63,023 nt of DNA, from positions 1 to 63,023 of the forward strand of contig JAGWMQ010000004.1 of assembly GCA_028873125.1 (NCBI GenBank). The letters run 5' to 3'. This stretch comes from Verrucomicrobiota bacterium. Lineage in GTDB: Bacteria > Verrucomicrobiota > Verrucomicrobiia > Limisphaerales > UBA11358. The notes below the pieces were generated by a model. It was given only the letters and a program-made list of their open reading frames with translations, ran no database searches and had not been told where the DNA came from. Positions within the stretch are counted from its first letter, which is position 1. Every line of letters starts with the position of its first letter. This document shows positions 9,247-18,637 of the stretch, piece by piece. Both the position numbers and the translations under genes were made by a program.

Positions 9247-10269
9247 ATGAAATACCAACTGCTCGGCCGATCGGGCTTGCGCGTTTCGGAACTGTGCCTG
9301 GGGACCATGACCTTTGGCGAGGAGTGGGGGTGGGGCGCCAACAAGGACGAATCCAAGGCTATCTTCGACGCCTTCGTGGCGGCGGGCGGCAACTTCGTTG
9401 ACACCGCCGACGGATACACCAAGGGCACCAGCGAAAAATTCGTCGGCGAATTCATCCGCGCCGACCGCGAACATTTTGTCGTCGCCACGAAGTATTCCTT
9501 CAACCAGCGCCACGGGGACCCGAACGGCGGCGGCAACCACCGCAAGCACATGATCGAGGCATTGCACGGCTCGCTCCAGCGGCTGGGCACGGATTACGTG
9601 GACCTCTACTGGATGCACGCCTGGGACGAACTGACGCCCGTCGAGGAAGTCATGCGCGCCCTGGACGACGTGGTGCGCGCGGGCAAGGCGCTGTACGTGG
9701 GCGTTTCCGACACGCCAGCCTGGTGGATTGCGCGCGCGAACACGCTGGCCGAACTGCGCGGCTGGACGGCCTTCGCCGGCCTGCAAATCGAATACAACCT
9801 GATTGGACGCACCCCGGAGCGCGAATTATTGCCGATGGCCCGGGCGATGGGCCTCACGGTTACGCCGTGGTCGCCGCTCGCCGGCGGCTGGTTGACGGGG
9901 AAATACACCGAAAAATCCGGCGAACCCAAGCGGCTGGACCAGACGCCGCAGTTCGCCCGGCCGACCGAACGCAACAAGGCCATTGCCGCCGAGGTCGTGA
10001 ACGTCGCGCACGGCGCCAGCAAGTCGCCCGCGCAGGTCGCGCTCAACTGGCTGCGCGGCCGGCCGCACATGATCCCGATTCTCGGCGCTCGCAAGTTGCC
10101 GCAGTTTCAGGGCAACCTCGACTGCCTCAACTGGTCGCTCGACGCGGAGCAACTTGCGCGGCTTGACGAGGTGAGCCGGATCGAGCCGGGTTTTCCGACC
10201 GATTTTCTGGAACGCCCGTTCGTGCGCGATTATCTTCACGGCGGCACCTACGACCTGATCGAGCGCTGA
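9247..10269 (+). CDS. Aldo/keto reductase
   Basis: 340 aa. LGTMTFG, DTADGY and YLDLYWMH-type motifs characteristic of the AKR family. Confidence 0.92.
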   Translation: MKYQLLGRSGLRVSELCLGTMTFGEEWGWGANKDESKAIFDAFVAAGGNFVDTADGYTKGTSEKFVGEFIRADREHFVVATKYSFNQRHGDPNGGGNHRKHMIEALHGSLQRLGTDYVDLYWMHAWDELTPVEEVMRALDDVVRAGKALYVGVSDTPAWWIARANTLAELRGWTAFAGLQIEYNLIGRTPERELLPMARAMGLTVTPWSPLAGGWLTGKYTEKSGEPKRLDQTPQFARPTERNKAIAAEVVNVAHGASKSPAQVALNWLRGRPHMIPILGARKLPQFQGNLDCLNWSLDAEQLARLDEVSRIEPGFPTDFLERPFVRDYLHGGTYDLIER

Positions 10270-10391
10270 GGGCGCAGGTCAGGTGGCGGGCCGGGGACGA
10301 GGCGGCTCGGATTTCGTGCAACCCCCCGGATGTTTGAGCCGGATGGAGGTTTCCGAAATGATTTCAAACTTTTCCGGATTTGTGGCATCTA

Positions 10392-12572
10392 ATGAATGTG
10401 CGACGCATCGGAATCATCCTGGCTTGCCTGCTTTGTCTCGCGGCGTTTAACGCAACTGCGGCGCACACGCAGGCGCGGTTGATCCTGTCCGCCGACACGC
10501 CCAAGCCCGGCGGCACGGTTTGGGCGGGCGTGGAGTTGCGAATGGAGCCGGGCTGGCACACCTACTGGAAGAATCCCGGCGCCGCCGGCATGGCCACCAA
10601 AATCGAATGGCAACTGCCGCCCGGAATTTCCGCCGGCCCCATCGAATGGCCGTTGCCGGAAAAATTGCCGCCCGCCGAAGTCACGACCTACGGTTATGAC
10701 AATGAAGTCGTCCTGCTCGCGCCGCTGAAACTCGCCGACGACTTGAAGCCCGGCCTGCTGAAGCTGAAGGCGAACGTCTCCTGGCTCGAATGCAAGGATG
10801 TTTGCATTCCCGCGGGCACAAATGTCCAGTCCACGCTGAACATCGGCAATGAAACCAGACCTTCCGCCGACGCCGCGTTGCTGCGACTATGGCAAACCAA
10901 AATTCCGCAAACCAACGCCCCCTTTTCTTTCCGGGCATGGTTGGAACAGCCGACCGCCCCGGATCTGCGCCCCCTGGTCATTGAAGGAGACCAGACTCCG
11001 GTCCTCACCAAGCCGCCTGGCCGGGTGGATTTCTTTCCCGACGCCGCCAACAATTTTGAGGTCAGGGCGGCGACGGACAGAGTCCCCATCCCGGCCGGTT
11101 TCTGCCTGCGCAAGCTCGTCAAAAAATTCTCCGGCAACTGGCCCAAGGAAATCAGCGGGGTGATGGTGATGGATGACAACGGCCGGCGGAAAGGCTACGC
11201 CGTGCATTTGCTCGTGGCCGACAAAATGCCGGTCGCCGCCACAATTCCCGCAGCAGCCCCCGGATCCATGACGGGTTCCCGGCCCGACCTGCCTTTGATG
11301 CTTCTCTACGCCTTTATCGGCGGATTGATTCTGAACGTCATGCCCTGCGTCCTGCCGGTCATCGCGCTGAAAATCCTCGGCTTTGTCAGCGAGGCGCGCA
11401 GCGAACCGCGCCGCGTCCGCAATCTCGGTTTGCTTTACGCGCTGGGCGTGTTGGTTTCGTTTCTGGCGCTGGCCGGCATCGTCATCGGCGTCAAAGCCGC
11501 CGGACATCGGGCCGGCTGGGGAATGCAGTTTGGCAGCCCAATCTTCATCGTCTGCCTCACCACGCTGGTCACGCTGGTGGCGTTGAATCTGTTCGGGGTT
11601 TTTCAAGTCACCCTCGGCGGCAGGGCGTTGAACTCCGCGGGCGAACTCGCCTCGCGGCATGGCGCGCCCGGGGCATTTTTCAACGGGGTGCTGGCCACCG
11701 CGTTGGCGACGCCCTGCACCGCGCCGGTTTTGGCCACGGCCGTCGGGTTTGCGTTGTTGCAGGGCAACCCGGCGGTGGTCATCCTGATTTTCCTGGCCGT
11801 TGGCGTTGGTCTCGCCGCGCCTTACGTGGCGTTGATCTGCAATCCGGTCCTGTTGAAATTTCTGCCCAAGCCAGGCGCGTGGATGGAACGATTCAAAATC
11901 GCCATGGGATTTCCGATGCTCGCCACGGCGGTCTGGCTTTTCAATCTGGCCTACGATGACTATGGCAAAAACGTCCTCTGGCTGGGCGTGTTTCTGGTCG
12001 TCGTCGCGCTCGCCGCGTGGATTTTCGGCGAATTTGTCCAGCGCGGCCGCCGCCACCAAAGCGCGGCGGCCCTGGCGGCCCTCATCGTGCTCCTCGGCGG
12101 TTACCTGTTCGCGTTGGAGAGAGAATTGGACTGGCGCGCGCCGGTCGTTCAAACCGCTTCCTCGGTTTCACTCAAGGATTCAACGGACGGAATTAACTGG
12201 CAGCCGTGGTCGCCCGAGGCGGTGGCCCAGGCGCGCGCGGCGGGACATCCGGTGCTCGTGGATTTCACGGCGGATTGGTGCCTGACCTGTCAGGTCAACA
12301 AGAAGCTCGCCCTCGAAGCTCCGTCGGTGGCCGCCAAGCTGAAGGCCCTCGACGCGGTCGCGCTGGTCGCCGATTACACGCATTTTCCCGAACGCATCAC
12401 GGCGGAATTGAACCTCTACCATCGCGCCGGCGTGCCCCTGGTCCTGATCTACCCAAGGGATGCCGGAACGCCACCCCTGGTGCTGCCGACGGTTTTGACT
12501 CCAGGCATCGTGCTGACCGCGCTGGCGCGCGCCGCCGGCCCGGGTCCATCCGCGAGCGCCAACCCGCTCTGA
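10392..12572 (+). CDS. dsbD: Thiol:disulfide interchange protein DsbD-like (protein-disulfide reductase)
   Basis: Signal peptide, N-terminal periplasmic domain, CcdA-like core with NVMPCVLPV and TPCTAP, C-terminal thioredoxin fold with DWCLTC. ATG at 10392 within ORF 10380..12572. Confidence 0.9.
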   Translation: MNVRRIGIILACLLCLAAFNATAAHTQARLILSADTPKPGGTVWAGVELRMEPGWHTYWKNPGAAGMATKIEWQLPPGISAGPIEWPLPEKLPPAEVTTYGYDNEVVLLAPLKLADDLKPGLLKLKANVSWLECKDVCIPAGTNVQSTLNIGNETRPSADAALLRLWQTKIPQTNAPFSFRAWLEQPTAPDLRPLVIEGDQTPVLTKPPGRVDFFPDAANNFEVRAATDRVPIPAGFCLRKLVKKFSGNWPKEISGVMVMDDNGRRKGYAVHLLVADKMPVAATIPAAAPGSMTGSRPDLPLMLLYAFIGGLILNVMPCVLPVIALKILGFVSEARSEPRRVRNLGLLYALGVLVSFLALAGIVIGVKAAGHRAGWGMQFGSPIFIVCLTTLVTLVALNLFGVFQVTLGGRALNSAGELASRHGAPGAFFNGVLATALATPCTAPVLATAVGFALLQGNPAVVILIFLAVGVGLAAPYVALICNPVLLKFLPKPGAWMERFKIAMGFPMLATAVWLFNLAYDDYGKNVLWLGVFLVVVALAAWIFGEFVQRGRRHQSAAALAALIVLLGGYLFALERELDWRAPVVQTASSVSLKDSTDGINWQPWSPEAVAQARAAGHPVLVDFTADWCLTCQVNKKLALEAPSVAAKLKALDAVALVADYTHFPERITAELNLYHRAGVPLVLIYPRDAGTPPLVLPTVLTPGIVLTALARAAGPGPSASANPL

Positions 12573-12678
12573 CTGAGACGAGGGGAGGCTGGCGCCGGCG
12601 GCGGCACATTTTTTTGAACCCAGCCTATTTGACGAGGGTCTATTCCGCGGCGAGATTTAAGAGGAGTTTAACAAACCT

Positions 12679-13275
12679 ATGAAAAAGGCAGTCGTTTTAT
12701 TGAGCGCCATGGCGCTGGCGGCGAGCACCTGGGCGGTGGAAGTTGGCAAGCCGGCGCCAGACTTCACCGGCACCGACATCAACGGCAAGACCATTCATCT
12801 GAGCGATTACAAGGACAAGATCGTCGTGATTGAATCCTACAATCAGGATTGCCCCTATTGCCACAACCAATACAAGACCGGCGCGATGCAGGCCCTGCAA
12901 CGCGATCTCCGGGCCAAGGGCGTGGTGTGGCTGCTGGTGGATTCCGTGAATCCGAAAAACATGAGCTACCGGACGCCGGAGCAGGCGCGCAAGGAAATGG
13001 CCGCCGAAAAAATGGACGTGACCGCCTGGATTGACGACAGCTCCGGCCAGATCGGACGTCTCTACGACATGAAGACCACGCCGGACATGTATGTCATCAA
13101 CCAGGAGGGCATCCTGGTCTATCACGGCGCCATTGACAACAAACCCGATCCGTTTCACAACCCGCGCTCGGCGGACAATTACGTCCGGGACGCCGTGAAC
13201 GCTCTGCTCGCCGGAAAACCCATCCAGGTTTCAGAGACGAAACCCTACGGGTGCAGCGTGAAATACGCGGATTGA
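12679..13275 (+). CDS. Secreted thioredoxin-fold redoxin (TlpA/AhpC-TSA-like)
   Basis: Signal peptide, CPYC active site, AGGAG Shine-Dalgarno upstream. Lies directly downstream of the dsbD-like gene. Confidence 0.87.
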   Translation: MKKAVVLLSAMALAASTWAVEVGKPAPDFTGTDINGKTIHLSDYKDKIVVIESYNQDCPYCHNQYKTGAMQALQRDLRAKGVVWLLVDSVNPKNMSYRTPEQARKEMAAEKMDVTAWIDDSSGQIGRLYDMKTTPDMYVINQEGILVYHGAIDNKPDPFHNPRSADNYVRDAVNALLAGKPIQVSETKPYGCSVKYAD

Positions 13276-13332
13276 AGGCCAGCCCCCTAAAGCCGCCGGC
13301 GCGAACCGGCTCAACTCCTTGGGGAAGTCCTG

Positions 13333-13350
13333 AGCGAACCGACGTTCGCT
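13333..13350. terminator. Hairpin between the convergent redoxin and rluA-type genes
   Basis: AGCGAAC-cgac-GTTCGCT, a 7-bp stem with a 4-nt loop. Ends 1 nt before the rluA-type stop codon. Confidence 0.35.
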
Positions 13351-13351
13351 G

Positions 13352-14122
13352 CTACGATCGGGGAGCAAAACCAAACCTTTCCAGAAATTCGTCTGTTGCC
13401 GCGTGGATGTCCACGCACCGTTTGTTGAACGGATCCACGTAAGCCAATCGCACCGCGCGCAGGCCGAGCGTGAAATCCCTCTCCCGACATTCGGTCACCC
13501 TCTCCCCGCCGCGCGGGGAGAGGGACGGGGTGAAGGGTTTTTCATAAAGCTGATCGCCGACGATCGACAGACCGGATTCCGCAAGATGCACGCGGATTTG
13601 ATGAGTGCGGCCCGTGATCGGTTCGGCCTCGACCAATGAAAACCCGCCCCGCGCCTCCAGGATCCTGAAACGCGTTTCCGCCGGCTTGCCGTGGCGCTCA
13701 TCCACCTTCATTTTGCCGATCCGCCGCGGGTCGGGCGCCAGTTTGAGCCGGCACGTCCATTCGCCTTGACCCGGTTTGCCGGCCACGATTGCCAGATACG
13801 TCTTTTTCATCTTCCGGCTTTCAAACAAATCCGAAAAGGTCTTCACCGCGCCGGGGCTTTTGCCGAACAGCAGCACGCCGCTCGTGTCGGCGTCGAGGCG
13901 GTGGACATGTCGCAGAAATTTCAGGCCCCGCGACCGCGCCCAAAAGTCGCGCGCGGCGATGGACGAGGTGATGGCCGCCTGCAAATTGCGCGAGGTCTTC
14001 TGCCACGAGTGCGGCACGAGCATCCAGCCGCGCGGCTTGTCCAGCGCGAGCACCGAGCGGTCCTCGTATAAAATGGGAATCGGCTCGCCGCCGGGCAGGA
14101 CGATGAAGTCGGGTTTGGGCAT
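13352..14122 (-). CDS. RluA-family pseudouridine synthase
   Basis: HRLDADTSGVLLF catalytic motif. Start taken at internal ATG 14122 (MPKPDFIVLPGG...) of ORF 13352..14236. Confidence 0.87.
   Translation of the reverse strand: MPKPDFIVLPGGEPIPILYEDRSVLALDKPRGWMLVPHSWQKTSRNLQAAITSSIAARDFWARSRGLKFLRHVHRLDADTSGVLLFGKSPGAVKTFSDLFESRKMKKTYLAIVAGKPGQGEWTCRLKLAPDPRRIGKMKVDERHGKPAETRFRILEARGGFSLVEAEPITGRTHQIRVHLAESGLSIVGDQLYEKPFTPSLSPRGGERVTECRERDFTLGLRAVRLAYVDPFNKRCVDIHAATDEFLERFGFAPRS
13498..13524. repeat. Perfect 12-bp-arm palindrome embedded in the rluA-type CDS
   Basis: CCCTCTCCCCGC-cgc-GCGGGGAGAGGG. Read in frame it gives ...SLSPRGGERV... Confidence 0.85.
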
Positions 14123-14229
14123 CAGCCAACTGTAGGTGAATCTCAAACTGCCGGCAAAATATCTTCGCTCAGGCCCTGGCTCGTGGCGCCAATTGCCAGC
14201 GCAGATATTCTGCGACAAAAAAACCAATA

Positions 14230-14258
14230 TGGACAAAAATGAAAGGTATCGATATAAT
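14230..14258 (+). promoter_or_regulatory. Sigma70-like promoter candidate for the beta-barrel protein gene
   Basis: TGGACA (14230-14235), 17 nt, TATAAT (14253-14258) in an AT-rich patch about 45 nt upstream of ATG 14306. Confidence 0.45.
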
Positions 14259-14305
14259 TATCTTGTTTAATCGGCGTTGTTGAAGTGAACAACCTTTATT
14301 GACTT

Positions 14306-15208
14306 ATGAACAAGCCCCGCTTGGATAGTCGCCTTTTGGTCGGGATATTGTCTTTTGCCATGTCCGGCGTCTCGCTCGCGCAAACCCCGCCCGCGGTTTC
14401 CGGCTTGAACGGCAAGTTTGATTATGCCGGAGGCATGATGAATTCGTTCGCGGGCCACAATTTTGACGCCAGCCTCGGGCTTCCGGTCGCGCATCAATTT
14501 GGCTTTCAAGCCGACGGGCTTTACAGCCGGATCTCCAATCTGGATTTTTACGGCGGCGCCGGGCACCTGTTCTGGCGCGATCCAAACATCGGATTGCTCG
14601 GCCTCACGGGAGGCTACCTCAACCGGAACGGCTCTGATGCTGTGAACACCTTTCAAGCCGGCGTCGAAGGCGCGTATTACCTTAAACGTTTCACGTTTGG
14701 CGCTTTTGCCGGTGTCGGACAAATCAAATACGCCAATCCGGCGCCGTTCATCAACACGCATCCCACCCGCTTCGTCGGGACGGTGTCCGCCGGTTTCTAC
14801 CCGATTGATGACCTCCTGGTCAGCGCCTCCTATATGACGGCCTTCCGGAACAATCTGGTCGAAGGCGCCCTGGAATTCCAAACGCCCATCCGCGGCTTGG
14901 CGTTGACGGGCGAAGCGGCCCTGGGCGACCACGGCTACGACCATTTGTTGTTTGGCATCCGCTACTATTTTGGCGCCAAAAAGTCCCTGCGCGCACGCCA
15001 TCGGCAGGACGACCCGCCCGGGCTGATGCATCAGATTTTGTATGGACTCGGCCTTTACGGGGCTGAATTCGGCCGTAAGGAAAACGCTTACTTGTCAGCC
15101 AATCCGGGATCAGGAAGCTCGGAAGGTGGCGGTTATGGCGTCATCACCACGACGTATAATCCACCAATCCCTCCGATACAGGTGCTTCCGCCGTCTCCAA
15201 GCCCATAA
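14306..15208 (+). CDS. Secreted hypothetical protein, probable outer-membrane beta-barrel
   Basis: Signal peptide (…SFAMSGVSLAQ), alternating aromatic/Gly-rich strand-like segments, Pro-rich C-terminus. No family recognised. Confidence 0.6.
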   Translation: MNKPRLDSRLLVGILSFAMSGVSLAQTPPAVSGLNGKFDYAGGMMNSFAGHNFDASLGLPVAHQFGFQADGLYSRISNLDFYGGAGHLFWRDPNIGLLGLTGGYLNRNGSDAVNTFQAGVEGAYYLKRFTFGAFAGVGQIKYANPAPFINTHPTRFVGTVSAGFYPIDDLLVSASYMTAFRNNLVEGALEFQTPIRGLALTGEAALGDHGYDHLLFGIRYYFGAKKSLRARHRQDDPPGLMHQILYGLGLYGAEFGRKENAYLSANPGSGSSEGGGYGVITTTYNPPIPPIQVLPPSPSP

Positions 15209-15270
15209 GATCAAGCAAACTGGATAGCGTTAGCGGAGCTTTGCTGAATGGCCGATGGCGGCTGATTACT

Positions 15271-16236
15271 TCACCGCCGTCCCTTCCATTCCGTTTTAGG
15301 CGGTTCGGGCAGACCCTGCGCGCGCAGGGCGGTGCGGAAGTGCATCTTGGCGACCTTGCTCAGATTTTCCGCGCCCCGCTCGGCAAGAAATTTTATCGCC
15401 GCCTCGTCCACCGCCGAGGACGCCCCCTTGGGCAGTTTCATTCCAAATTGTTTTTCCACCTTCGCCAGGCCCTTCACAAACTCGTCCCGCGCCAGAATCG
15501 AGGCGGCCGCCACGGCAAGGTCCTCCTCCGCCTTGTGCCGCTGGACCAGCTCAATTTCCCGCCCGCCGCTCATCAGCGCCTTTTCGATCACCGTTTTGTT
15601 CGAGGCAAATTGGTCGCTGATGACGCGCGCCGGCGGCGGATTCATCAGGAGGCGCCGGGCCAGGAGGTTTTCGATCACGCGCGCGTGTCCCCAGGCGAGG
15701 ATGGTGTTGACGCTTTTCATCTTCGCGTACAGCCGGTTGTAGGCTTCATTGCCAATCGTCACCGTGTCCACCAGGCAGCCGGGCGTCTGGCGGATCCTTT
15801 CCGCCAGTTCGGCGATTTTTTTGTCGCTGGAAATGTTTTTGGAATCCCGAATGCCCGAATCCTGCCAGGCCCGGACGACGCTTTCATTGACATAGGCGCC
15901 GGCGATGCACAACGGTCCGAAAAAGTCGCCCTTGCCGCTTTCGTCCACGCCGAGGCGGGGCAGGAACAAATCGGGATTCAATACGCTTTCGTAGCCCAGG
16001 CGCGCCTGCTTGAGGATTTCCGGTTCGAGGAGAAATTCGATGAACTCCTGCGTGCCCTTGCCCTGCGCGACGAGCTTGCCGCTCTCGTAAAGCACGGCGG
16101 TGCATTGGTCGGAGTCAAAGGCGAATCGCGCGTAGGGCACTTCGCGCGGTTTCCAATTCCGCGCGCGCAAGGCGGTCTCGAGCGCCGATGCCTGATCGTC
16201 CGTCAGTTGGCACGTGTAAGAAGTCAGCGGCTTCAC
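15271..16236 (-). CDS. rnhC: Ribonuclease HIII
   Basis: GVDESGKGDFFGPL catalytic motif preceded by the N-terminal RNase HIII-type domain. Start uncertain: GTG at 16236 preferred over the ORF-track start at 16341. Confidence 0.84.
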   Translation of the reverse strand: MKPLTSYTCQLTDDQASALETALRARNWKPREVPYARFAFDSDQCTAVLYESGKLVAQGKGTQEFIEFLLEPEILKQARLGYESVLNPDLFLPRLGVDESGKGDFFGPLCIAGAYVNESVVRAWQDSGIRDSKNISSDKKIAELAERIRQTPGCLVDTVTIGNEAYNRLYAKMKSVNTILAWGHARVIENLLARRLLMNPPPARVISDQFASNKTVIEKALMSGGREIELVQRHKAEEDLAVAAASILARDEFVKGLAKVEKQFGMKLPKGASSAVDEAAIKFLAERGAENLSKVAKMHFRTALRAQGLPEPPKTEWKGRR

Positions 16237-16282
16237 AAAATGGGAAAATAGCCGCAAAAGAACCCAAAGAACACAAGAGATT

Positions 16283-16310
16283 TTTGCGGTCTTTGCGGTC
16301 ATTTGCGGCC
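16283..16310. repeat. Three tandem copies of TTTGCGGTC in the rnhC/mutY divergent spacer
   Basis: TTTGCGGTC (16283-16291), TTTGCGGTC (16292-16300), ATTTGCGGCC (16301-16310). Confidence 0.75.
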
Positions 16311-16325
16311 ATACTCCGGCGGCAA

Positions 16326-17489
16326 ATGCGGCGGAACTCAAAATTCAAAATTCATAATTCAAAATTGGCGAAATTGGTTCCGCCTTTGCTGGACTGGTTT
16401 TCCCAAAACGCCCGCGACCTGCCGTGGCGCCGCACGCGCGACCCCTACGCCATCTGGATCTCCGAAATCATGCTCCAGCAGACGCAGGTCAAAACGGTCA
16501 GGCCGTATTGGGAGCGATGGATGCGTGAATTGCCGATCCTCGAGGCGGCCGCCAGCGCCGGGCCGGACAAAATCCACAAGCTTTGGGAGGGCCTCGGCTA
16601 TTACACCCGCGCCCGGAATTTGCAGAAGGCGGCCCGGCAAATCATGGAGCGGCACGGCGGGAAATTTCCGCGGAATTTTGAGGACGTGCTCGCCTTGCCG
16701 GGCGTCGGACGTTACACCGCCGGCGCCATTTGCAGCATCGCCTTCAACCAGGCGACGCCGGTCCTCGACGGCAACGTCATGCGCGTGTTGACGCGGATTT
16801 TCGGGATCGAGGATGACCCGCGGGAGCGGAAAACGGGCCAATGGCTCTGGCAGATCGCCGGAGATTTGATCGCCCAGGCGAAGGCCGCGGAAACTGCGAA
16901 ACGGAAAACATGCGGCCGCTCTGGGCGCGGGACAAATTCTTGTTCTTGTCTGAATCAGTCGCTCATGGAACTGGGCGCGGTGGTTTGCACCCCGCGAAAT
17001 CCGGAGTGTCAAATTTGTCCGGTCCAAAGGCTTTGCGTCGCCTTTCTCCAAAATCGCGCGGATAAACTACCGGCCCTCCGGAGGCGCGTGACGGCAACTC
17101 CCAGGCGCTTTGCCGCGCTGGTGGTCGAGCGCAATGGGAAATTTCTTGTCCGGCGGCGGCCGGCGGGCGTGGTCAACGCGCATCTCTGGGAGTTTCCCAA
17201 TGCAGAAATCGGAGCGGGGCTTCGCGGGCCGCGGCACACCAGCGCAATCGCCGAAGCCGCGACGGAAATTCTGGGTCTGGCGCCGGCGGAGATCAAACCG
17301 CTTTGTCAGATCAAGCATTCCATCACGCGCTACCGCATCACGATGGAGGCGTTTCGCGTCCGCTTGAACGGTTTTCCATCCACCCCGCCGGGCGTCTGGA
17401 TGTCTGCCGAGGAATTCGATTCGCTGGCGTTTGCGGCGGCGCACAAAAAACTCGCCTTATTCGCCGCGGGTTGTATGCTTTCCGGCTGA
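16326..17489 (+). CDS. mutY: A/G-specific adenine DNA glycosylase
   Basis: PWRRTRDPYAIWISEIMLQQTQV, HhH LPGVGRYTAGAI, 4Fe-4S Cys cluster CTPRNPECQICPVQRLC, NUDIX-like C-terminus. ATG 16326 within ORF 16188..17489. Confidence 0.9.
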   Translation: MRRNSKFKIHNSKLAKLVPPLLDWFSQNARDLPWRRTRDPYAIWISEIMLQQTQVKTVRPYWERWMRELPILEAAASAGPDKIHKLWEGLGYYTRARNLQKAARQIMERHGGKFPRNFEDVLALPGVGRYTAGAICSIAFNQATPVLDGNVMRVLTRIFGIEDDPRERKTGQWLWQIAGDLIAQAKAAETAKRKTCGRSGRGTNSCSCLNQSLMELGAVVCTPRNPECQICPVQRLCVAFLQNRADKLPALRRRVTATPRRFAALVVERNGKFLVRRRPAGVVNAHLWEFPNAEIGAGLRGPRHTSAIAEAATEILGLAPAEIKPLCQIKHSITRYRITMEAFRVRLNGFPSTPPGVWMSAEEFDSLAFAAAHKKLALFAAGCMLSG

Positions 17490-18637
17490 TGATTTATTTC
17501 GATCACAACGCCACCGCCCCCGTCATGCGCGAGGCGCGCGAGGCGTGGCTCGACGCGACGGAACGGTTCTCCGGCAATCCGTCCAGCCCGCACCAGATCG
17601 GTTCGTGCGCCGGCGCGGCGCTGCGCGAGGCGCGTGAAAAGATGGCCCACTTCCTCGGCTGCCATCCGGGCGACATCGTCTGGACCAGCGGCGCGACCGA
17701 GGCCAACAACACGTTGATGCACCATTTTGGGCGGACACTCGACGCGAAGATCGAGGTTTGGGTTTCCGCCATCGAACACCCGTGCGTCGTGGAATCGGCT
17801 CAACTTTACTTCGGACGGCGGTTGAAATGGATTCCGGTCACACACGACGGCGCAGTTGATCTGGATTGGCTCACGGCGGAGTTGGCCGACGCGCGACCGG
17901 GCCTAGTCGCCGTCATGGCGGCGAACAACGAGACCGGCGTTATTCAGCCGTGGCGCGAAATCCTCGCCATCTGCCGGAGTTACGAAGTGCCGTTTTTCAC
18001 CGACGCGGTGCAGTGGCTCGGCAAAATGCCGGCCAAGAGCCTGGGCGAATGCGATTACGTCAGCGGCGCGGCGCACAAGTTCGGCGGGCCGCGGGGCATC
18101 GGCTTTTTGAAGGCGCCGCACCGCAAGCCGCTGACCCCGCTGCTGGTCGGCGGCAAACAGGAGTCCGGCCATCGCGCCGGCACCGAAAACGTGGCCATGG
18201 TGGTGGCGCTGCTCGCCGCCCTGGAATTCCGGGAACGCCAGATGGCGCGAGGCGAACACACGCTGCGCTCGGTCTGGCGGGAGAATTTTGAAAAGACCTT
18301 TTTGAAAAACCTGCCCGGCGCGACGGTCGTGGGCGCCAACTCTCCGCGTCTGTGGAACACGGTTTCGGCGTTGATGCCCGAGGGCGCGCAACTGCGCTGG
18401 CTGTCCAAGCTGGACAAGGCGGGATTCGCCGTGAGCACCGGCTCGGCCTGCACCACGGGCAAGGAAGAGCCGTCGCACGTGCTGGCCGCGATGCACTTCA
18501 AGCCGGCGGAGGCCCACCGCGTTCTGCGGTTCAGCAGCGGCTGGGAAACGACCGAGGCCGATTGGGACGCTTTGAGCAAGGCCCTGATCAAGGTCCACGG
18601 CGAATTGCATCACGCCAAGGCGACCGTCGCCGCCTAA
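17489..18637 (+). CDS. Cysteine desulfurase (class V aminotransferase, NifS/IscS-like)
   Basis: MIYFDHNATAP start, PLP-Lys context SGAAHKFGGPRGIGF, active-site STGSAC. The ATG overlaps the mutY TGA (TGATG). Confidence 0.9.
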   Translation: MIYFDHNATAPVMREAREAWLDATERFSGNPSSPHQIGSCAGAALREAREKMAHFLGCHPGDIVWTSGATEANNTLMHHFGRTLDAKIEVWVSAIEHPCVVESAQLYFGRRLKWIPVTHDGAVDLDWLTAELADARPGLVAVMAANNETGVIQPWREILAICRSYEVPFFTDAVQWLGKMPAKSLGECDYVSGAAHKFGGPRGIGFLKAPHRKPLTPLLVGGKQESGHRAGTENVAMVVALLAALEFRERQMARGEHTLRSVWRENFEKTFLKNLPGATVVGANSPRLWNTVSALMPEGAQLRWLSKLDKAGFAVSTGSACTTGKEEPSHVLAAMHFKPAEAHRVLRFSSGWETTEADWDALSKALIKVHGELHHAKATVAA

